The notes below the pieces were generated by a model. The model ran no database searches, had not been told where the DNA came from, and saw only the letters and a list, made by a program, of their open reading frames with translations. Positions 1 to 12,146 of a stretch of DNA of 64,000 nt are shown in pieces; the stretch's first letter is position 1; every line of letters begins with the position of its first letter. The DNA comes from Basidiobolus meristosporus CBS 931.73. Taxonomy: Eukaryota > Fungi > Basidiobolomycota. The position numbers and the translations under genes are program-made. Where the stretch lies: positions 112,664-176,663 of the forward strand of contig MCFE01000089.1 of assembly GCA_002104905.1 (NCBI GenBank). The letters run 5' to 3'.

Positions 1-1900
1 AAGTTGTAAATTCTGGATCTTTCACCTGTGTGTCACAATAGCAAAAGCAAAATAAAGAAATGAGTGCAATATTGGTTTTGAGATATTGTAGTAATGGAAT
101 ACTCTCCATTACCACAGCAACTAATGGGACAAAAGTGGAACTCAGGCAATAAAGTGTGGTACAACCAAACCATTGCAGGCCTCAAGTTTCCTCACAATTT
201 ACACCTCAATTGACTGGCTCTTGCACTGGTATTAGTTTGGACCATGGGCCAAAGTACACCATCTCCCTGAACAATAAGATAATCAGCAGCGTAGCACCAG
301 CCCATATGAAACTGTTTCATGATGATCCACCAATCATCACTGAAACCAAAGTGTGATTAAACAATTATCAGGACAAGGATAGAGGAAGACACTGGATACA
401 TACAAAGTTTATTAGAGGAGATTTTAGTCAATATAGGTACAAATGATATGCGCAAGGAAGTTTGCCCAAAAGGGAGAACAAAAGAATGCATATGGAAAGC
501 GCCAAAGGAAACAGTTCACCCAAAACTGGTGATACCCTCCCACCAGCAAGAACCAAGATGATATCAAAAACAAGACCAACCTGCAAGTGTTGAGAGATAA
601 GGTACAAGTGTTACATGCAACAAGAGCTATCTATGAAGAGTTGTTTGTTGGAGCAGTCATGTTGATACAAGACACAATCAGAGAGGGATGAGACAAGTTA
701 CCCATGCCAATACAAAGTATGGAGATACTACCCAAGAAGACTGTGCACCACCTGAGAAGAGGTTCCTTGATAATTAAGGAGAAGGATGCCGTACTCATTC
801 TCTATCCATACTGGACACAGTGAGACAGAAGATGCAAGGAATCAACTGTTGCACCCTCACAAGACCTTGGGAGCCCCCCTGTTTTGTTGCATACCTGGTA
901 TTAATATGTACAACAGTTGTTGAGGTATATGCAGACCTGGTACAAGCTGCAAGAGCACCAGAAGTAGAACTCCCAATTGAAGGACTCCTCTAAGAAGTTT
1001 GCAAACATCTTGAACTGCATTTCCAAGAAGGAACTATCCTAGAGAAGATACACAAATAGATTAAATGCACCAGCCAGTTAACCCATGCAATTGACCAAGC
1101 TGCTGTGTTACAACTATTACAGTGGGTTACCATAGGACAACTCAGGAACCAGTACAAAGCCCAACTCTAAGAAGCCAAAGAGACTGCAATGGACTCTGTA
1201 GAGACCATGAGGCAAGTGCAAAAGCGCCTTGATTGCACCACAGTCTCTACAGAAGAACTACACTATGACTTGGAAGAAGCAAAAACTTGCTATTGACAAC
1301 AGGTGACTGCCAACCAAGTGTATGCCTTCTTCAAAAGGTCCCCTTCTATCATATTGAACACAACAAGGACAAGCCCTGACAATATTTGCAAGCTAAAGAA
1401 GCAAGACTTTATTGTGTTATTGCATCTCTTCTTGTTCTCCAACCCTCCCAAGGATCTTACCCAGAACCCTATGGTTTGCCAATTATTTGGCACTGTGGAA
1501 ACATCCCCCAAGCAACACAAGTTGCACCGCACTCTGCTGCCAAATGGTATCATGTACTTGCCCATGACCCCCTTGCAAGTGACAACCAGCAATGGTACTA
1601 TGGTAACTCCCCATGCTCTATAAACAAAATTGACCCTGGAGAAGCAAGTTAGTCAAAGAACTTGAAGGACAAAGCTCCCTCTTAACCCCTGGGATATATG
1701 AGTACTAAATGTAGTACCCACTCTTTGCCCAAGAGTTCTCCCCAGAGTCCTACCCAAGTCCACCAGTATCCTCCCTATGAATCCCCCACATGTCCTCCCT
1801 CCTATTCCTGCCCTTATCTGGTTAGAACACTTACCATAACAGGAAGGTGTTCACACCCCTATTTGATAACACATTATCTATGATCAAAGCCCCCCAAGTG
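1..1900 (+). mobile_element. Degenerate retroelement-like remnant with a long decayed reading frame (unclassified; possibly the 3' part of an LTR element)
   Basis: CpG-poor. Frame +1 from about 361 to 1623 has only 8 stops in about 420 codons and is continuous with track ORF 1303..1623. A weak integrase-C-terminus-like segment (DIVVMEYSPLPQQLMGQKW) lies near 80-140. Confidence 0.3.
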
Positions 1901-2418
1901 ATATATATATATATATATCCAATTGGACCAAGAGAGAGAACCCTATGAAAAATAATTTGGTCCCACAGCTGGATCCAATCCAGATCATCCGTCAAGATCC
2001 AGTTTGGAGACCATCACAATAACAGCAGCTTGGAATTAGTGACCCTCCTGGCAATCATATAACAAGATTATGACGGTGTTTTGCAAATTTTACAGCCAAA
2101 TAAAGGAATAAAACTTGATGATTTTTTATTGGTGCTGTGACAATATTTGCATGGCATTGTTGCAGTCTTTGAGCGCTCTATTACTATTTTAAGTGGATCC
2201 TGTTGGCCAGGACTTCCAATTGCCTTATATGGCAAGAAACTTGATGGTATTTTGACGGCCTCACAGCAAGACTTTGATGGATTTTTCTTGGCAGTACAAT
2301 GGCCTGATGCTGGTTCTGTATAATGCTACAATACCAATTTACCAAATGGTATTTCCTTTTTCTACCTCCTCTTGTTCAATTCATATATTCCACTGTAGAA
2401 TCACCTTTCATTATTTGC

Positions 2419-5099
2419 TTACCCACTACTCCCTTGGGTATTCCACATATAGTTCAGATCAAAAAAAAATATGGCCTCCAGCTTACTAACCTCTACAAAT
2501 GTGCACACCTGCTGCAATTGACATACTTCTATTGCCTCAACTTTACGGCTTTTTAGTGTGATACTTGCAAAGTTGCCATATACCTTGTACTGCTGGTAGC
2601 ATATACATCTTGCAAACATAGGCTTGGATGTTGCCACTTCTGCCATGAATACCTCCTGAATATTGGCAAAGAACTTCTTGGTATTTAGCCAATATATTCC
2701 TTCTCCCTGCTGGATTCTAGTCCCACTTATAGGTGCACTCCGGCTTTTGTTTGTGTGAATTCTGTATTGAATGGTGTAGAAGTTGGTTTGTGACCTCAAG
2801 AAATCCAACATATCTTGGTGGAGTTTTCTTGATAAAAATTAGATGCTTGTTGCACCCAACCCAAATTTGCATTACTTAACTGATTACCCATGATTTGGGG
2901 CTGCTTAGCTTCTTAATGCCATAGGCATAGGTGTCTCCTTGTGCACATTTGACCTCAGTATTTTCCAACTCTTTCTGGCTGTCCTCCATGTGCCAACTCA
3001 TCACATCCATGATGGACTTAAAGGTAATATTCTTGATGAGATTGGGGTATGGTAGTACCTGCAACTTGACTTGTCTTCCTATCTCCCCACACATCTGCTC
3101 CATAGGAAACTCCCAAAAGGTGAAGCAAGGCCCCATATTCTCCACACACCATGCAAGATGGAGTAGAGAATGGATACAGTAGCGGCAGAGAGCTACATGT
3201 TCAGCTTTATGTTCGTAGTATAGCCGCTCAAATCCTGTCACAAACTCCTTGCACAACAGCTGTAGATGTGTCAAGGCAGCATTGGTGATCTGCTTCTGGA
3301 TAAATATTCCTGCAATGTCCACATATGACTCCCAATGCTTCCAATGTACTCTTGGTAGGAATAGCTTCAGAACACCACTTGAATAAATACACATCCAGTT
3401 CATCCAGTCTTTGCATTTGTATTGTCACATATGCATATGAGTATTAATTGGAGCCAATGAGAAGTACTTAGGGTAGCAGATACTCTGTAATATCTTGCCA
3501 ATTTTTTCAAATATCTCTGGTATTTCAAAGAGCTCATTTGGCTTGAAATGCCCCATGTACAACTGGTCATGAGTATATGGATATTACTGAAAAGCAAATG
3601 CATTGCTCCCAGTGGAAAGCTTTTACTCCAACAGATACCCTCTATCTTAAGTATCTCCAGTTTCCAATTGATTCTATATTCTGGCCAATGGCTTATAGCC
3701 TGCTAACTTTGCTGCAATTGCATGCATACTTCTGTATGTTCTCTCTGTGAAAGATGATGTTCTTAGTGCTGGTGTTTGGGTAATAATAATGTGTGTGAGT
3801 TATGGAGTAAATCCCTTGGATCTCACACATTTGACAGCAATACCGTCCATTGTGCCCGGAAAAACCTGCTAACTTGCTGATGGCTGGGGTATCTCCAATG
3901 CAGATAATAATATGCGCTGTTACATGACAGCCATTTACCGTTGGAGAGCATAAAAAATTCATTCAGCAATGGATACAGGTAGCTATTCAGGTTGGACGGT
4001 GATTTAGGCCCAGATACCAGTGAGACTACCATCAGATTATTGCTCTGATGCTGTAAGATGGGCGGCAGATTAAGATTGATGAGAATCAGTGGCCAGCAGG
4101 ATTTGCTGGTAGAGTACTTGTTTAATGAGAATCCATCAAGTGCTAAAGCAAAGGCATGGTCATACATACCTTCAAAGTAGCCCTTGCTTCTTAGCTGTTT
4201 GTCATGTTTGCCATCAAATATATTGGATATATTTGCGCTTGATTGATACTGAGTGTGGTGCTGTATAGCTTTGCAATATTTGTCGGACTGCATCAGCTTC
4301 CTCAGACAGGGTATGACTGGATTATATCCGGAGTGTGAACAATGTTTTCCCTCTATGGTGGTGGATTCCTGACAATTTGGACACATTGCAATGGCAGCAT
4401 TTTTGAATGTGAATGCCATGAAACTGTTAGCACCTGCTGGAATCAGGACAGTCTCTGGATCATATGTTGCCAGCTGCATGATGGTTGTCTACTTGTACCA
4501 TGTACATGGTAAGTTGCATCCTGGTGTGATTTTGGCAAGAAGTAGTAATAAATCCTTGAAGCCCTCATTACTGATATTAGTGGAAATGCGCCACTTCTCT
4601 AGCCATAACATTACATCATTCACCAGTAGATGGATTACTGGGCTCACTTGGCTCCATTAAGTATCCTTGGCATTTGTTTCAGTGGGTGTTGTCTCATTGC
4701 ATATAGGGATTTGACCGGGCTCATATGTGGTACTGTTGTTAGGGGAGATAGGCCCAAAATCCATCAGTGAGCCTTCTTTGTCAGAGCTATCACTCTGCAT
4801 GCCTATTCAGAAGGCTGAGGTGAGCCTAAAGGCATCACAAACTCACCTGACTTGGTTTGCACAAGGTGACAAAGACAGCCAGGTGCCAATATAGAAGTAT
4901 CAACTGGCCGGCAAGATAATGTTGGTACAGTAGTGACCAATGAATTGTCAAATATGACTTGGGTGGCAAAACACTGGCCATGATTTTTGTAGTACTTCCT
5001 ATGCTGTGTGTGTGCTTCATGGCTGAGAGGCTTGCCACAATAGCCACATGGTCTTTTTTCTCTTCTCTTATGGCGTTGAGTCAAAGTAGTCTTGTCCAT
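2419..5099 (-). pseudogene. CACTA transposase remnant (Transposase_21/Tnp2 and DUF4218-like regions), frameshifted
   Basis: ORF fragments include ALALDGFSLNK..SCWPLILINLNLPP..GPKSPSNLNSYLYPLLNE, GDTPAISKLAGFSGHNGRYCCQMC and HSLLHLAWCVENMGPCFTFWEFPMEQMCG. Confidence 0.85.
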
Positions 5100-5322
5100 G
5101 GGGCAAACAGTTTGACCTTCAACAACGTAATGCTATTATATCACTTTTTGGTCAATACTCATGTGAACTTAAGACAGTCTTGTATTTGAGACATTGCACC
5201 TACGTGAATGTGAGATTCAATGATGACCCACCATAGTAAGCATTATAAATAAAGTTGTGGCACCATATACACATGTATATGTAACACTATTATCCCCTTT
5301 GGTTTGACTCACTTCCATATAT

Positions 5323-6043
5323 ATGCTGCCAAAAAATATAGCAAAGTTGTCTGGTTCTCAACCAAACCCCACCGCTGATGGCAACAGAAGAATGGTTGGA
5401 CAACAGCTTGCTTTGGCATTCAGTGCAACAAGCGGGTCTACATCCAAAAAAGACCCTGTGGACAGTGTTCCCATTGAAGGTAATAATGCAGACTCCTCAG
5501 GCTCTCAGTCAAGTAGGCAATTGAGAACCTCTGTAGAGCCACAAGTTGACCATTATGCTCAGGCAGATGAGAATATAGCAAATGCAGTACCCTCTGCTGA
5601 AGATCAGTAAGTGGCCATGATAACATCACCACAACCCATATTAGCAAGTATGTTGTCAGCTCATACCAATGTATTAATGAAGCAATTAGGTGCAGTGGCT
5701 GATAGGATATATGTAATGGCCCAGAGAAATCAGGAAGTAGCCAGAAACAGGATGAGTGGATATTTTCTTGCTGAAAAGAAGGAACTCAAGTAGTTCAGTG
5801 TCACAGCCAAGAATTGGGCCATTTCCCAATGTAACAGCAGAGGAACACTATACAGTCTTTGAAGCACAACAACAGTGCCCAAAGATAAAGCCCACAGAAA
5901 AACCTATCACAGCATGGGAGGGAGACATTGTGGTGTTTATACCAAAGCCTAAAAACCAAAAGACATTGAAAATCTGTGAAGCTGTTGAGTGCAATAATGA
6001 AGAGTGGACTAATAGACTTGTTCCATTGTGCCATAGATCATAG
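5323..6043 (+). pseudogene. Putative accessory ORF remnant inside the CACTA element, divergent from the transposase
   Basis: Three adjacent ORFs (5323-5610, 5611-5793, 5756-6043) lie inside the TIRs. The first two are in one frame separated by a single stop. No recognisable domain. Confidence 0.3.
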
Positions 6044-6117
6044 TGCCAGAAAGTGCTGTATATTTTGTTTTTAATTTGATATTTTAGGGTCATATGCATG
6101 TCAATTTTGATCCCAAA

Positions 6118-6200
6118 TTGGCACTGTATGGCACCATCTGGCACTCTGTGGCATGATCAGGCACCATCTGGCATGCTATGGCACTATTGGGCACTATGAT
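6118..6200. repeat. Degenerate TGGCAC/TGGCAT-core minisatellite
   Basis: About seven imperfect 11-13 bp units containing (t)ggcac or ggcat (tggcactgtatggcaccatctggcactctgtggcatgatcaggcaccatctggcatgctatggcac...). Confidence 0.6.
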
Positions 6201-6400
6201 CAGCTGGAATGATGGAACAAGTCCAATATACAAGAGGCCATTGTGGTGGTGTATAAGTCCAAGGGCGAGATACGTCCAACACTTCTCAAGTGTTTTGTGT
6301 GTGGGGTGTTCACTGGGTGCGATAACCTCTGGCAAAAGCTTGCTAGGAATACTTGGGTTCTGTCTCTAATCTAATGTGAAGGGGAATAAAGCCACAAGCT

Positions 6401-7054
6401 TGTCAAGGGAAAACTATTGAGCTACAATCCCCAACTTAGTTGGCATCTTAACAAAAGTATGTGCTGGGTTCAGCGTCCTTTGAGATGACAATGTACTAAA
6501 GCTTCCAAAGTCAAAACAACTGTAAACTCCACCAGCAGGGACTTGATAAGAATGCAGCTTTGGTCAATAGTTACAAAGACAGAAAAGTATCTTTGCCTGT
6601 ACAAGAACAAACTTGGGAAAGAATCAAATATAATAAAAGATACCTACTCTGAGTATTCCTCACAAGTAGTGCCTCCAAGGTCAGTTGGCTGTCAGCGCAG
6701 TTTCCTGGGAGTGTCCTGTGGTCTAGGGTTGGAAGTTCAGGTAGCAGAAGGTAGCAGTGATCACACTAATCAACAAGTTGGTATATTGATAAAAGGGATG
6801 ATGACTTATTGTTGAGGGATAGCCTCCCTTATATACTTTTCTTACCGGCTAAGTGATTACTAATCATGGTGTTCCAGAAGGTTCCGGAGATCAATAGAAA
6901 TCTTAATGACATCAGAATGACCTAAGAATGTTCTAAGTAGGTGCCAGAAGGTTCTAAGAGGCACAGCACATCCAACCAATCAGGAATCAGTATTCTGAAA
7001 CCTGTGTAACATGGGGATACCATATATGGTATGGAAATGGTAGGGATGGTGACA
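6401..7054 (-). mobile_element. Solo LTR of the gypsy family also present at 56759-57604, nested in the CACTA element
   Basis: TGTCA...TGACA termini. The first ~260 bp align with 56759-57020 (aactattgag..acaatccccaactt, aactgtaaactccaccagcaggg, aaagtatctttgcct). The right boundary is approximate. Confidence 0.7.
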
Positions 7055-7289
7055 CAGGCTGATCATGTGTCACGGGTACTGGCGTGGGTACTTGCCTAAT
7101 ACAGAAGTACTTATAGCTAGTAATCTTACATAAAGTGAGGGGTAACTTATGCAATAAGGTAAGCAGGTGTGATTGTCAACCGGCTTATGGGATAGTACTG
7201 ATTGGGCAAGACAAATGGATAAAACTAAAATAAGTGTAGTAGAGATATAGGGAAGTAGAAAATAAGGGAATGAGCACATCTGTCAGTGG

Positions 7290-8030
7290 GTGTCACTGTC
7301 ACCCCACTACACCGTCAAAAGTCTAGCACACCATCACCTTAAGGCCGGCATACCATGGGACCATCAGGAACTCAAGGCCAAGCAGAATGCACTTGACTTG
7401 TTCCATGGGCATTATCCTGGATTCAAATGGGCAAACAGATTTTGGGCCAGCACTGGTATGCTAAGAAAGTATCTTAAGAATAGCAGAAACTATCAAAGGC
7501 AGAAGAACAAGGGTGCCATGGCTAAAAACCAGCAGCTTCCTCAAGAGCCCATTACAAGTAGGGCCAAAAGCTCCAGACAAGCGTCAAAGAGACGTCAGGC
7601 AGCTGGAAGAGTGCCAATTAAGGACAAGCAGGCAGATATGGATGCACCAGCACAACATTTATCAAGTGAAAAGTGTAGTACCACTCAAGAAGTACCCAAT
7701 CAAAGTAGCAGTGAAAGACCTGGCAGTGATAAAGGTAAAGGGAAAAATGTCTACACAAGCCTGAGACAGGGAGGCATGCAAAAAAACTGCAGTTCCTGCC
7801 AATTAATGCTGCTAGCCAGGAACAGACTGAATACCTCATAGCCAAGAAGAATTACCAACAAGAAAACAGCTGTTTTTACAAGGGTTGGAAGTGCAGCCAG
7901 TTGAGCTACACTCCAGCAAGGTAGATGAGTTTGCAGAAAAAGGCAATTTGTCTACCTCAGCCTCCACATCCTCCATTGTTGACAGAGTGGAGATCCCACT
8001 GACAGACAAGGCTACAAGATCAAGAACTTA
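7290..8030 (+). pseudogene. Second putative accessory ORF remnant of the CACTA element
   Basis: 183-aa ORF (basic, low-complexity C-terminal half) inside the TIRs. No domain recognised. Confidence 0.3.
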
Positions 8031-8759
8031 GGAGTCTAACACAATGCCTTCAATGGAATTTTGGAACATTAATAGGCACAGCAAGAGGTTGCAGCACTTC
8101 TTCATAAGCAGTGCTCAGGAAAATGCACTTAAATATTGCAAGGATTTATTGCAAAGTCTGGCAGATGAGGTGCTAGACCTTGCAGTGCTGGCTGAAGACT
8201 AGGGGATGTGGGAACCAATGAAAAAACAGTGGCATCAAGCCATTGGGTTCCTGCCAAAGCTGTGGAAGCAGAGAGCTACAGCAGAAATACTTATTAAGTG
8301 GTGGATTTTAATGGAGTTACTTGCTGAGTCAGGGGTTGGGCTTAATGTTAATTTAGGGTATAGGGACTTGTATAGGTCACTACAATTGGCAATTGAGGTA
8401 CAGCTGAAGTTTCAATGGAAATAAATCAATTTGTATGCATGAAAAGTGAGGGAAACAGTTGAGTCTGGTAGTAAGGAGTGTGAAAAAGAGGCAATAGCCA
8501 ATCAATGAACACAAATGTAAGAGGTGATAGAGTGTCTGGGATCAGAAAGTGAGCAAATTGGCAGGGAACCAATCATTAGCCACTGATACTGTGATGTGAT
8601 GAAAAATTCTGACCAAGTTTTTTGTGAGATCTGGGGTGCAATTATTTTCAACAGTCTCTGGACAGTGTCCTGACAGGATCAGTACCTCTTAGTCACTGGA
8701 CTTTAACTTTGTGACAGTCTTTTGACAGGAGCATTACAATAATTTTTCATAGGGCATGT

Positions 8760-9010
8760 TCTAGGCTCCACCCAAGCCTAGCATATCTAGCATCCCCAAG
8801 CATACCAAGCCTAGCCTTCATACAAACAAACTCTGTTTCCTCCAAGCTAAACCCAGCTATACACAAGACCAATATTAGACCAGAATCTCTCTGCTAATAT
8901 TTCCTCCACTCTCTGACAATTTTAAGATTCTGCCCTTAGTTGTCCTTTAGGTTCAATTAAACCATTCAAGAGTTTTATCACACATTTCTCTTGGATTTGA
9001 CACACCACAA
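8760..9010 (+). mobile_element. Gypsy gag-protease junction fragment
   Basis: Aligns with the reverse complement of 55580-55800 (accaatattagaccagaa..ctctgctaatattt..gacaatt.taagattctgc..ttagtt..ggttca.ttaa..cattcaagagtttt). Confidence 0.6.
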
Positions 9011-10844
9011 AGAGTGAATAAAGCAACTCAAGTATAATCCTGAGAAATCAAAGTGCTAATTAGCAGGATTAACATTAATTAACTCCTACTATTGGCCAAT
9101 ATTACAGGCAATTAGAGAGCTAGGGCTATTTCAAACTTATGCATGACCATGCATTTGCCTTGATACACAATGGATTATCATTGCGCAAGTGCTTTTGTAG
9201 GAAGTTTTGTTGGCCATTGACTATTATCAGCTTGCATCTGCCACCTAATCCCAAAGTTTCAAGTTAGGTAGCACCTGTGCTCTATCTACCTTAGTCACGC
9301 ATATGAACTTTTGACCTTATTCCTGCATACAATGCTAACACAATTAGTAAGGCTCAAAAATACTGAATGCATGAAATCAGTACCTGAAATCAATGGCACT
9401 CTAAATATACCTTTGGGAGTCTATAGTATACTGCAGAAATTCATGGTACTATTCTGGTCCATGAACACTATCTGGTGGTATTATTAATTATTTGCCTTGA
9501 AGTAGAATCCATGTAAAGCACTGATTGTGCCTTCAAATGTGGATTAACCCACTGTGCTAAATTTGAAAAGTCCTTGAGCAAGGTAAGCTTAATAACTGCC
9601 TTGGGCTCTAGGTATTAATATAGAGCAAAGCTTCTTGTGCCAATTGATACAAGCTAGTAGTAAGATTTATTTGGATTTTCAACAGATAATAGTGAAAGAG
9701 TACATTGCAAGTGTAATAGCTCCAGTGCAGTAGTAGGTGATAAATGAAAGTACAAGGTAAAAGTCAGTTGAGGTGGAAGCTTATAGGAGGAAATAGAGTG
9801 TCAGGGATTGAGCAGTAATAGTGGAGGCAGAGAAGTACTGTAGGAAAAAATTGAGAAAAGGCCTGTAGCACACCATCATAATATTAGCTGAATTCTAAAT
9901 TTTGCAAAACTGGCTACTCTAAGTATTGCAGGTACTAGCTGTTAGGCAGGCAAACTGGCATATTCTATAGGAGGAGGCTATGCCAGCCTGCATTCACACC
10001 ACAATTGGCCATCTTCTGTGCAATACTGCCACAAAAAATGCAACTGAAATAATGAGGGAAGAATACTTGATGAATGCCAGCAAAATACCATTGGAATATC
10101 AGCTGATCATCAGATGTATGTCAGATGAACTCTATGTTTGTATTTTTTGATAGGGGCAAGGATCAGAAGCTTAGAGACTATTGGGGCGGGAGATCTCAGC
10201 TAAGGCTTCCTCAGCATTCATTATGTAGTAAATACATATTTTGGACAACAATAATCTTACTGCAAACTGGAGCAGAGCACAGCGAGTATTAGCCAATATC
10301 AATAATGCGTGTAAACTGCTAAGGAAGTATTCATCCCGTCATATTTCCTGGCTATTGGTATATGGTTAGACCTCAGTCCCATTGCGGGCATCATGAAAGG
10401 AGCCATGGTCAGACTGTGAATTGAAAGAAAATTGGGGCAGTATTTATTGGTGGAATTCGCACCATCTCAACCAGGTTTGTCATGGCTGATCAACACACTT
10501 GCTTATATCCACCAATTCTGAATGATTATTCTCGATATCCTTGCTAATTGCGTTGAGCATCTAGATGCTGCGCTGTTAATTCTTTGATGTTTATATTTAG
10601 GCCATCGTGAACTGCTGGGTTTGTACGCAGTTTGACAGTAGCATGCATCAGTATCTCCATTTGCAACGTTTGGTTTATTGGACAACTATAAAGGGCCCAA
10701 CACACGAGTATAATATGGCATCTTGAACAGAAGGTAATATTCACTTGGGACTAGAATACCAACAACGGACTACTAAGGAATTCTGACTAATGAAACGGGA
10801 TCAAATAATGTTGGCGTGGTATTCACGCGGCAACCTATGTTTAA

Positions 10845-12146
10845 TTAAGATTTCTCCATCTCAACCTTCTCGCCATCCTCCTCCGAAGTATCCTTGATAC
10901 CTCTGGCTACAAGGTAAGCAAACGGAAGTGAGGCTGTGCATAGCACCCAGTTGATGATTAACTGAGTCAAGAAAGGAGTACTCTTAGCATCGATATCCCA
11001 GGCAATAGCTGCACCGGCAGATTGGAGTCCTTTGTAGTACCCAGCATAGCGAGCAAGAACGTGGCTGTCATTGGAAAGGGCACCCATCAGCCAATAAGCA
11101 TAGGTTTGCAAAACGGCATCCAGAAAGCCGTAGAACAGATACAAGACAAACTTTGCTCCCCATCCTGGGCCGTTGATGAAATCGATGTCTTTGGGATGAT
11201 CTTCCCGAGTGTATTGTACCTGAAGACCAAGCCCACCGCCCCAGATAATCATTGTTAGGACAGCCACCAGGGCTAGTCCGTACAACGCACGAGTGCGACG
11301 GTGAAGCTTGGCATTGTCAAGCAATAGACCTACACCATAGGCACCAATCATTTGCGCACCCCAGTAGAAGGCACTGTTGAAAGAGCGGGTACGAACGTTG
11401 AAAAGAACACCATTCACAGCACCGAACTGATAGGAGTAGAACCAGTTGGAAGTCACGCACAAGGGAAGGAGCAAGAGCATGTTCTTGTTTTTGAACAACT
11501 TCAGGATCTCAATGATCTCGCCGCCTACATTCTCGAATTTGGAGACTTGCACGCGGGAGCCGTCCTCACGCACCACCTTCTCGGGAGGAATTAAGCCCAA
11601 GCCAAGCAGAGCGCCAATAACCATTAGAGCCATCAATACGTAGTATGTGGCGGTACTCACCTGGCCAGCTGACGAGTGGAAGTTGAGGCCGAAAGGAATG
11701 AACGAGCCAAGAACAGCACCCATGTTGAAGATAATCCAGAAGATTCCGACCGCACGGCCTTTTTGATTTTCGGATGGGTAAGACATCATGATTGTACCCT
11801 GAGCAGTCCAGAACATACCGGCGCCAATACCTAGAATTGCACTAGCGACAATGACAAAGGTCGGCTCCTTGGTATTGCTGTAGTATACAAGGGAACCGGA
11901 GTAAAGGGCGTAGGTAAGGCCGCCGCTGACCATAGTCCAACGTCCACCAAGGACATTGTGGATGGCACCACCGAACACGCCGAACACTGAGAAGCAGGCA
12001 TAGAGGGCAACATTTCCATTCTTGGTGGTGTTGTCATCCATCTGACCTCCAGCACCTAGACTGTTGATGACATTGTACATGCCCGGGCAGCAGAAACATG
12101 CAAAGCCAACTAATATGACCTGCATCATTGGTGAATTGAGCCTCAT
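10845..12146 (-). CDS. UNC-93-like MFS membrane protein, single exon, 433 aa
   Basis: N-terminal QVILVGFACFCCPGMYN..LGAGG motif, FWTAQG..MMSYP..KG motif and multiple TM segments typical of fungal UNC-93-like proteins. Confidence 0.85.
   Translation of the reverse strand: MRLNSPMMQVILVGFACFCCPGMYNVINSLGAGGQMDDNTTKNGNVALYACFSVFGVFGGAIHNVLGGRWTMVSGGLTYALYSGSLVYYSNTKEPTFVIVASAILGIGAGMFWTAQGTIMMSYPSENQKGRAVGIFWIIFNMGAVLGSFIPFGLNFHSSAGQVSTATYYVLMALMVIGALLGLGLIPPEKVVREDGSRVQVSKFENVGGEIIEILKLFKNKNMLLLLPLCVTSNWFYSYQFGAVNGVLFNVRTRSFNSAFYWGAQMIGAYGVGLLLDNAKLHRRTRALYGLALVAVLTMIIWGGGLGLQVQYTREDHPKDIDFINGPGWGAKFVLYLFYGFLDAVLQTYAYWLMGALSNDSHVLARYAGYYKGLQSAGAAIAWDIDAKSTPFLTQLIINWVLCTASLPFAYLVARGIKDTSEEDGEKVEMEKS

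Larger units (their letters stand above)
1941..8754 (-). mobile_element. CACTA/EnSpm (CMC)-type DNA transposon, degenerate, about 6.8 kb
   Basis: Terminal inverted repeats CCCTATGAAAAATAATT (1941) and AATAATTTTTCATAGGG (ends 8754) match at 16/17. Subterminal TGACGG/TGACAG motifs occur at both ends. An internal Tnp2-type transposase remnant is present. No clear TSD. Confidence 0.8.

Noticed and set aside
1901-1918. (AT)9 microsatellite and the poly-C run at about 43031
   Set aside because: Ordinary simple repeats.
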